Part shown: positions 54,105-61,369 of the stretch, in pieces
Position numbering within the stretch: position 1 is the first letter of the stretch
Layout of the letters: each line of letters opens with the position of its first letter
Assembly (NCBI GenBank): GCA_025355955.1
Contig: JANXYP010000016.1
Span: forward strand, 73-64,072
Length of the DNA stretch: 64,000 bases
Source of the DNA: Chloroflexota bacterium
GTDB lineage: Bacteria; Chloroflexota; Chloroflexia; QHBQ01
Direction of reading: 5' to 3'
Notes under the pieces: model-generated
What the model saw: the letters and a program-made list of their open reading frames with translations, nothing else
The model's database searches: none
What the model was told of the DNA's origin: nothing
Position numbers and translations under genes: made by a program

Positions 54105-56120
54105 ATGATTGACCTAACCCTATCAGCCGCAGAACTGAGCAAACAAGGCATCGCCGCCGCCCGCGCCGGACGCAACGACGAGGCCCGCGAGTACCTGGTC
54201 GCCGCCGTCGAAGCCAACGAGCGCAACGAACCGGCATGGCTCTGGCTGGGCGGGGTAATGACCGAACTAGAAGATAAGATTGTCTGCCTGGAAAACGCGC
54301 TTACCCTCAACCCCGCCAACGAACCCGCCGCCCGCAAGCTGCAGCAATTGCAGCTCAAGCGCGAGATGCAGAAACCCGAGGCAACCCCCCTCCCCAGCCC
54401 TCCCCTAACTACGGGGAGGGAGTCTGCCTCCCTCCCCCGCCCTCCCCCAACTACGGGGAGGGAGTCTGCCTCCCTTCCCAGCCCATCCCTAACTACGGTG
54501 AGGGAGTCAACCCCGCCTGCGTCAGCAACCCAGGATTTGTATCTGAACAGCTCGGCGGCAACACAGGGCTTGCCAGCGCCACCGCTGGGTGCATTGCCCT
54601 GGGATCACCTGGTTATTCCCTTCAGTAGTGGCGACACCAGTTCGCTTCGCTCACCGGGCGACCCTAATCCAGGCGCGACCCTATCCCGCCCACCACTTAG
54701 CGGGAACGAGTACGACTCCGCTGCACCCTTCACTGGCTATCGCAGTGGCGGCTACGATGATACGGGCAACGATGGAGACTGGCTGCAGCCCGGCACCCAG
54801 CATATGCCTACCAATCCCGACTATAGCCCTGGCCGGCGGGCTGATCTGCCTGGGCCGGACGATCAGCCCGGCGGCTACCCTGAGCAACGCGACGCTAGCG
54901 AGTGGCAGCAACCCGATCGCGGTTATCACGGCGATACCAGCGCAAGCGCATGGGTCAACCCATTTGCCTCCGTTGCGGAAACCAATGGCTATAGTCCTTA
55001 CAACTCTAGCCAGGATGCGCCTGCTCCCCTCCACGATACGCAGCGCTACTCAGGTGCGGCCTTGAACTCCGACTTCAACCCCCTGACCGAGCAACTCGAA
55101 CACGATGAGCGCTTCGACTGCCCTTACTGCGGCTGGCAAACTCGGGTAGAAGATCAGCGTTGCCCCAACTGCAGCGGTGATCTCTACATTTATGCCAGCG
55201 CCAACGAAAAGCGTTCTAGCGCCCTCGTGCGCGTGGTTCTGCTGTGGGTGGTTCGCGCCCTTAGGTCGGCGGTTGGCCTGGGTCTGGCGATCTTTACGGC
55301 AGAGGTAGTGAAGCAGCAGATGCAAAAGGTGAGTGTCAGCCTGGATACTTCGACGATCGCTCATTATGGCCTAACCCCTGGGGAGATCAATGCGGTCACG
55401 CAGCAACGGGAAACCTCCATCGCTATCTACTATGGCGTAGTCATCGGCATCGCCATCATCATGGCGATTGGCTCGTGGTCGCGGATGCGGATATTCTATC
55501 GGATTAACATCGCAGTAATTATACTGACCGGGTTCGCTTCATTCCTCAGCTATGTGTTTGACCCGGTTAAAAGCCCTACCAACCTGATTATTGATGTGGT
55601 AATTTTGTTTGCCCAGTTTCTGTCAATCGTACGCGCCGAGCCTGACTTCATCAATCAGAAGCAGCGCATCGTGGAGCCGAACTATCACGGTGAGGTCAGC
55701 GCCCTCGGCTTCTTCAACCTGGGAACGCAGTTTCAAAAGGCGGGCTACACCGCACTGGCAGCCAAAGCGTGGCAGCGTTCGGTGTCAATGGGTCCTAGTG
55801 ATGGTCGCACTCGCGCCGCCCTGGCGATGGCCTACACTCGGATGAAGCGCTACGATTTGGCGGTGGAGCAGCTCAATGAAGCGTTGAAGATAGACCCGCA
55901 TGATACCCGTGCTATGAATCTGATGGCAATCTCACAAATGCGTGCTGGCAACTACGATGAGGCCCGTAGCTATGTCGCCGCCGCGCTCGAAGCCAAGCCT
56001 AATGATCCCGATACCCTTGATAACCAGAAGCAAATCGAGGATGAAATCAAGAAGGCGGCCAGCAAGCCGCCGACCAAGCCAGCCGTGCCGAAGCAGAACA
56101 CCAAGAAAGCAGTTGGCTAA
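54105..56120 (+). CDS. TPR-repeat membrane protein with a zinc ribbon and repeat-derived low-complexity region
   Basis: 671 aa. It has an N-terminal TPR, the zinc ribbon CPYCGWQTRVEDQRCPNCSG, ~4 TM segments and C-terminal TPRs. A tandem 14-aa repeat region is also present. Confidence 0.7.
   Translation: MIDLTLSAAELSKQGIAAARAGRNDEAREYLVAAVEANERNEPAWLWLGGVMTELEDKIVCLENALTLNPANEPAARKLQQLQLKREMQKPEATPLPSPPLTTGRESASLPRPPPTTGRESASLPSPSLTTVRESTPPASATQDLYLNSSAATQGLPAPPLGALPWDHLVIPFSSGDTSSLRSPGDPNPGATLSRPPLSGNEYDSAAPFTGYRSGGYDDTGNDGDWLQPGTQHMPTNPDYSPGRRADLPGPDDQPGGYPEQRDASEWQQPDRGYHGDTSASAWVNPFASVAETNGYSPYNSSQDAPAPLHDTQRYSGAALNSDFNPLTEQLEHDERFDCPYCGWQTRVEDQRCPNCSGDLYIYASANEKRSSALVRVVLLWVVRALRSAVGLGLAIFTAEVVKQQMQKVSVSLDTSTIAHYGLTPGEINAVTQQRETSIAIYYGVVIGIAIIMAIGSWSRMRIFYRINIAVIILTGFASFLSYVFDPVKSPTNLIIDVVILFAQFLSIVRAEPDFINQKQRIVEPNYHGEVSALGFFNLGTQFQKAGYTALAAKAWQRSVSMGPSDGRTRAALAMAYTRMKRYDLAVEQLNEALKIDPHDTRAMNLMAISQMRAGNYDEARSYVAAALEAKPNDPDTLDNQKQIEDEIKKAASKPPTKPAVPKQNTKKAVG
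54392..54512. repeat. 42-bp x ~3 in-frame tandem repeat (CCTCCCC..GGGGAGGG hairpin family) inside the TPR gene
   Basis: AACTACGGGGAGGGAGTCTGCCTCCC recurs at 54407, 54449 and 54491. The encoded peptide is PPLTTGRESASLPR/PPPTTGRESASLPS/PSLTTVRES. Confidence 0.8.
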
Positions 56121-56195
56121 TAGGGATACGCAAGGCGCACGGCCATGCGCCCCATGGACTGGTCAAATTCTATCTTCTACATTCTACCTTTAACT

Positions 56196-56699
56196 ATGAC
56201 TATTCGACACCAGGAACCAGTTGCCAGCCACGAGCTTGACCTGATCAGTCACAGCGTGGAGCAGACGCGACGCATCGGCGCACGGCTGGCCGCGCTGTTG
56301 CGGGAGGGCGATGTGCTGCTGCTGGAGGGGCAACTCGGCGCGGGCAAGACGGCGTTTACCCAGGGGGTAGCGGCAGGCCTCGGCATCCACGACTACGTCA
56401 ACAGCCCTACCTTCGTACTGGTCAACGAATATCCTTCGGTTCTGCCGCTCTATCATATCGACCTCTACCGTCTTGACGACCCCCGCCAGGCAATTGACAT
56501 CGGCATCGAGGATTATATTGGTGGCGACGGCGTAACCGTAATCGAGTGGCCGGAGCGCGGCGGCGAGTTCATGCCTGAAGAGCGGCTACTCATCCGTCTC
56601 ACCTACTTGAGTGAAACCAAGCGCACCATTCGCATAAGCGCGGTAGGCCGCCGCTACACTACCCTGCTCAACCAGTTCAAGCAGGATGCTTTCGCCTAA
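56196..56699 (+). CDS. tsaE: tRNA t6A biosynthesis ATPase TsaE
   Basis: LLLEGQLGAGKTAFTQG is the Walker A motif, and SPTFVLVNEY is also present. The ATG at 56196 is preferred over the ORF-track start at 56145. Confidence 0.85.
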   Translation: MTIRHQEPVASHELDLISHSVEQTRRIGARLAALLREGDVLLLEGQLGAGKTAFTQGVAAGLGIHDYVNSPTFVLVNEYPSVLPLYHIDLYRLDDPRQAIDIGIEDYIGGDGVTVIEWPERGGEFMPEERLLIRLTYLSETKRTIRISAVGRRYTTLLNQFKQDAFA

Positions 56700-56860
56700 A
56701 ATGAAACCCCGCCCCTTTTTGTGAGCACTGGAGTCTAAAAACCCCTTCTCCCCTTTTGTGAGCGTTAGAGTCTAAAACCCCTCCCCCTTGCGGGAGAGGC
56801 TGGGTGAGGGGTAATCAGGCATCGCACGAAGGCTACTCGAAACTACGGAGGCTACTCGGC

Positions 56861-57565
56861 ATGACCATGCTAGCGATAGACACCGCCACTGATAACGCCA
56901 GCGTCGCGCTTTACAGCACTGTGGGAGTGGTCGCCGAGCAAACCTGGCGGGCGCACCGCGAACAAACCGCCCAGCTTGTGCCGGTGATGCAATCGCTGAT
57001 GCACTACGTCGGTCTTACGCCGGGCGAACTGTCAGCAGTGGCCTGCGCGGTGGGGCCGGGTAGCTTCAACGGCCTGCGGGTTGGCCTTAGCACCGCGAAG
57101 GCGGTGGCGACCGCCCTCAGTATTCCCCTCTACGGCCTCAGCAACCTCGACAGTCTTGCCTATCAGCACGCCGATATCAGCACGCGCTTGACGGTGTGGG
57201 CAGTGGTGATGATCGGGCGCGAACGGTTGGCTACCGCAAGCTATCGCACCACCACCCCACGCGGCGGCAATCCCGAATGGCGGCGCACCAGCGACTACCG
57301 CAACGTCAGCGTTAGTGAGCTATCCGACCTGCTCACCAGCCCCGCTTACGTGGTCGGCGAACTGAACCCCACCATGGTGCAGGAAATCGAGTCGCGGGCG
57401 GGTGATCTAGTCACGATCGCGCCGCCCGCCGCTGCCTTGCGTCGCGCTGCCTACATCGCCGAACTAGCCTGGCGGCGCAAGCAGCGTGGCGACCTCGGCG
57501 ACGACATCGCCGATCTGCAGGCTATCTACCTTGCCTCGCCCGCGCCTTCCGCCCCGCGTTCGTAA
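56861..57565 (+). CDS. tsaB: tRNA t6A biosynthesis protein TsaB
   Basis: MTMLAIDTATDNASVALY and GPGSFNGLRVGLSTAKA. The ATG at 56861 is preferred over the ORF-track start at 56804. Confidence 0.85.
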   Translation: MTMLAIDTATDNASVALYSTVGVVAEQTWRAHREQTAQLVPVMQSLMHYVGLTPGELSAVACAVGPGSFNGLRVGLSTAKAVATALSIPLYGLSNLDSLAYQHADISTRLTVWAVVMIGRERLATASYRTTTPRGGNPEWRRTSDYRNVSVSELSDLLTSPAYVVGELNPTMVQEIESRAGDLVTIAPPAAALRRAAYIAELAWRRKQRGDLGDDIADLQAIYLASPAPSAPRS

Positions 57566-57576
57566 ACTCCTTTCTC

Positions 57577-57670
57577 ATACCGATTAGCCGAGCAGATAGT
57601 ATAAATTGGGCCAGGGCGAACAACGGTTCGCCCCTACAGAAATTATAGCGGCACCACGGCTAATTGGTAT
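57577..57670. repeat. ~93-bp palindromic MITE/REP-like element, copy 8
   Basis: ATACCGATTAGCCG...GGCCAGGGCGAACAACGGTTCGCCCCTACAG...GGCTAATTGGTAT, in the convergent gap. Confidence 0.85.
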
Positions 57671-57856
57671 CAGTATCTAACCATTACCTCCAAATGCTGT
57701 AAAATGATCTTGTTCAACAATGGCATATATAATCAATGGCGCTGGTTTGGAAGGTTGGCACGTTCAACCGGGAGCAGTAAATCTGCGCCCCTACATAGAG
57801 TATCTCTAGTAGGGACGCGAATTCATTGTGTCCTCGCTGGGGATGCTACGGTCTGC

Positions 57857-60800
57857 CTACGCTGTGGCACCGCTTAGGCTGTTGCCAGCCAGATCCTGGA
57901 ACTGGCGCAGCGAAATGTAGAGCATCACTGCGACCTGGGCGCGGGTGGCGTTGGCGTTGGGTTCAAATAGCCCGCCGCCCACCCCTCGGATTACGACACG
58001 ATTGTAGCAGGTCTCGATTTCATTGTAGCCGAAAGCGCCGTGCGGCACGTCGGTAAAATGCGGTCCGCCAGAAGTGTCAATCGCCCACCCGTATGCCCGC
58101 ACCAGGATGATGGCGATCTGCACACGGGTAATCGGGTCGTGAGGCAGGAAGCAGGGGAAGCCCAGGCCGCGCGCCTGGCAAGCGGACTGGCTAGCCCCAC
58201 TGATTGCGCCATTGGCATAGGCAGTTTCGACGAATATATAGAGCGGGTTGCCGGTTGGCACATCGCTGAAGGTGGGATGGGGCGGGTTGATGATCGGCCA
58301 GTTGCGGGTCAAGGTAATTAGCTTGGCAAATTGTTCGCGGGTGGTAAGCGCGTTGGGCAGAAACAGGCCACCGCCCACCCCACTGGCAATGCCGAGGCAG
58401 GCTAGTTCGTTGACCGCAGCGTAGGCGAAGTTAGAAGGCGGCATATCGCTGAAGCTGATGCCACACTGGCTGGGGGTTGCGCCCATCGATGAGGCAACCG
58501 CGCCGGTATTGCCCCAGTAATCCACTGCTACTATGGTAATGTAGAAGGGCTGGCCGTTGGGCAGGATATTATAGCCGTTGGGGTCGTTGCCGGGTTGGGA
58601 AAGGTTGAGCGAACAGCGTAGCAGGGTGGATTGGGCAACCGCATCGAGAGTTAGCACGGGGGTAAGCGAGCTAATCGGCGTGCCAGGGCGATCGCTGACG
58701 TAGATTCGATAAGCGACCGTGCTGGTGGCGGGCTGGTAGTTGCGCCAGTCTACGAATAGCGCGCCGTCGGCCTGCGCGTCGGTGACGGTGGGGGTAATCG
58801 CGGGCTGTGGTACGGTGTCGCGGGCCGTCTGGCGCAAGGTGAGATTGTCAAGCGCAAGCTCCGCTCCGAAAATAGGACGACGGGTGGCGAAGAAGAACTG
58901 GGCCATCTGGGCGGGGTTCATCCCACCTGCTACTGCGGCATCAACCGAGAGCGTGGCCTGGGTGGTGCCACTGCGGATCGGTAGTTGCTCACTGCCACCG
59001 CGCCCGCCATCGTCGCTGAAGCCGATGCCTACCAGCGGTGCGGGAATATCGGCGGTAGGGTTGGTGATGTCGAGACTGAGATAGTCGTAGCCGCTCCAAT
59101 TGCGAGGGGTGAACTGCCCACCGTTGGGGTATCGGTACAGTTGCGCCCAACTATAATGATTGTCGCGGCCATTGGTCTGCCCGCTGAAAGTGAGTAGACC
59201 CGCCTGCTGCCCCTGGGTCACGCCAATGGCGGTGCCGACCATTTTCGTATCGCCCAGTACCTCTTCGACCCAGCGATAATCTGGCCCCTGGCCCTGGATG
59301 GTAACGTCGGGCGGGGTCTCGAAGCCATTAATCAGTAGCGTGCTGGTCTGGCGCAGCACGAAGAAGGGTTGTGGCGTGGTATAAGGTGCAGGTATGGTGC
59401 CGCCATTAGCGCGCACCCGCCAGTACCAGCGGCCAGCGCTCAAGGGGCTGGTACCAGGTGGGGTGTAGGTGGGGGTGAGCAGGTTCGCGGCGGTGATCGG
59501 GTTGGCAAAGTTGGGGGTGCGGGCCGCCTGCCAATCATAACTGATTGCGCCAGAGACTGGTCGCCAGTTGAAGGTGGGGTTGATGGTGAACACTGGCGCG
59601 GCATACATTGGCGATAGGGGGATGGGCGCATCCAGGTCGGCAACCTGGCCCAGCTTCTTGTTGTAGATATTGCCATTCTCTACCGTCGCACGGCTGATCA
59701 GGGCAGGGTAAGGGTTGTTATTGATGTCCACCAATCCCCAGTTGTGATGACCGAAGTAGCCACCGCTGCGATGGGTGTCAAGGATAGCGCGGTCGGCGTG
59801 CATAAACCAGTGCGCCCCCACCACATAGGGGCGGCGGGCCATCTCGCTTATCATCAGCTGATAGGCAGAGGCCCGATCCGCATCAGTTGGCACCAGTAGG
59901 GCCTGTACTGGCGGATTGTTGGGCAGGCCGGAAGTGGTCGCTCGGAAGCCGTACTCGCTAACCAGCATCGGTTTGCCCAGAGATGCGGCGAAATCGAGAT
60001 TGTCGAGGGTGAGGTTGTCGGCGGTATTGGTCTCGTAGAGGTTGAGACTAACCACGTCAATATGCTTGCTGGCGGCGGTAACTACCTCGCGATATATCGC
60101 TACGCCGATATAGCGGTCGCCGAGAATGAGGTGGTTGGGGTCGCGGGCGCGGACTGCGTTGCAGGTAATGCGATAATACTGGTCGGCAATTGCTCCCAGG
60201 AATTGCAATTTATCGGGGATGGCGGCAGACGCGGGAATCAGCGTGACATTGAGCAGGCTGGTCGGTTCGGGGCCAGTGAAGCTGGTGTATGTGGTACCCC
60301 AACTACGGTTCAGATTGTCAATAGTGTTGTATTTAGCGATTAGCTGATTGACCCAGGCTTGCTTGCCCGCTGCAGCACGAGGCAAGGCGATGAAGTCTTC
60401 GCTGAGGGTGGCATCCAGGTTGTCGATGTAGTAGCCGCCTTTAGGCCAGTACAGTTCGTTGTCGAGGAACCAGCCGAGCAACCAGCGGTCGGTGATATCG
60501 GGATCGCTAATGGCGGTGGCGACTATTTGGCTGACCGCACTGGCAAAGGCTGGGTCGAACACATCAGCGAAGCCAGGATTGGCGGCGCGGACATTATAGG
60601 GCGAGTTGAGGCTGGTGGGGGTGAGGGCTAGCACCCGAGTCTCGGCCAGATTATGATGACGGATGGCGCTGTCGCTGAAGGCGCCGATGGTGTTGAAACT
60701 CCAGCCGCTCAGTTGCGCCGCCACATCGCTTGCCCACAGCGCAGGGCGGTTGCGATATCGCTCGAACATCCGCTGGTCGTAGCTGTCGTTGACCGCAGGT

Positions 60801-61003
60801 TTGCCGCCAAAGGCCACCAGGTTGACCCCCAGACTGAAATAGGCATGGCCCCCAGGCGTAACCAGCCAACTGCGCCCCGCCACTGTCGTGGTGCGGAAGT
60901 AGCCAGACGGGTTAGCGATGGGCAGCGGCAGCCAGCCGCCATACTGATCGTAATTGCCCGCGGGCGGGGTTGAAGTAGGCGCAGGGTTAGCTTGATTGTT
61001 CAT
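57857..61003 (-). CDS. Large surface protein: TIM-barrel glycoside-hydrolase-like N-region, beta-sandwich repeats, three C-terminal SLH domains
   Basis: The SLH repeats are FSDMPPSNFAYAAVNEL, FSDVPTGNPLYIFVETA and FTDVPHGAFGYNEIETC. Clan GH-A-like motifs FLDNELYW and MLVSEYGF are a tentative call. I prefer the start MNNQ at 61003; the ORF-track start is 61120. Confidence 0.7.
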   Translation of the reverse strand: MNNQANPAPTSTPPAGNYDQYGGWLPLPIANPSGYFRTTTVAGRSWLVTPGGHAYFSLGVNLVAFGGKPAVNDSYDQRMFERYRNRPALWASDVAAQLSGWSFNTIGAFSDSAIRHHNLAETRVLALTPTSLNSPYNVRAANPGFADVFDPAFASAVSQIVATAISDPDITDRWLLGWFLDNELYWPKGGYYIDNLDATLSEDFIALPRAAAGKQAWVNQLIAKYNTIDNLNRSWGTTYTSFTGPEPTSLLNVTLIPASAAIPDKLQFLGAIADQYYRITCNAVRARDPNHLILGDRYIGVAIYREVVTAASKHIDVVSLNLYETNTADNLTLDNLDFAASLGKPMLVSEYGFRATTSGLPNNPPVQALLVPTDADRASAYQLMISEMARRPYVVGAHWFMHADRAILDTHRSGGYFGHHNWGLVDINNNPYPALISRATVENGNIYNKKLGQVADLDAPIPLSPMYAAPVFTINPTFNWRPVSGAISYDWQAARTPNFANPITAANLLTPTYTPPGTSPLSAGRWYWRVRANGGTIPAPYTTPQPFFVLRQTSTLLINGFETPPDVTIQGQGPDYRWVEEVLGDTKMVGTAIGVTQGQQAGLLTFSGQTNGRDNHYSWAQLYRYPNGGQFTPRNWSGYDYLSLDITNPTADIPAPLVGIGFSDDGGRGGSEQLPIRSGTTQATLSVDAAVAGGMNPAQMAQFFFATRRPIFGAELALDNLTLRQTARDTVPQPAITPTVTDAQADGALFVDWRNYQPATSTVAYRIYVSDRPGTPISSLTPVLTLDAVAQSTLLRCSLNLSQPGNDPNGYNILPNGQPFYITIVAVDYWGNTGAVASSMGATPSQCGISFSDMPPSNFAYAAVNELACLGIASGVGGGLFLPNALTTREQFAKLITLTRNWPIINPPHPTFSDVPTGNPLYIFVETAYANGAISGASQSACQARGLGFPCFLPHDPITRVQIAIILVRAYGWAIDTSGGPHFTDVPHGAFGYNEIETCYNRVVIRGVGGGLFEPNANATRAQVAVMLYISLRQFQDLAGNSLSGATA

Positions 61004-61097
61004 CTGGAATATTCCTCTCTTTGCCGCAGGGAAGATACGGCAAGGGGCAAATTGGGCAATGTCTGTGCCGCATTTTAGCGGTTGGCCCTCAATAAAG

Positions 61098-61232
61098 CAA
61101 ATCGGCCAGGGTTGTTGCAAAGTCGGCCAGGGCGCATTCTCATTGCGCCCCCTACAAGCACAAGCCCTTGTAGGGGCAGTGATTATCCCGCCCAGGCAGC
61201 CGACTTTGCAACAGCCCTACAAATCGGCCAGG
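61098..61232. mobile_element. ~109-bp compound palindromic element flanked by a 13-bp direct repeat (CAAATCGGCCAGG)
   Basis: Direct repeats lie at 61098-61110 and 61220-61232. The inner arms GTTGTTGCAAAGTCGGCCAGGGCG and CGCCCAGGCAGCCGACTTTGCAACAGC enclose two GC hairpins of the CCAGGGCG..CGCCCC family. Confidence 0.5.
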
Positions 61233-61369
61233 AGCGGTTGACCCGCTGTTGCTTCTCTGCTAAACTGTTGCCGCTCCCTTGCGCGGATGGTTGCATCCAG
61301 GGTGATTCGTGGCAGAGGCGATCTACGTAAAATGGAGCATCAGTAGTAACTAAGAAAGGGGCATCAACT

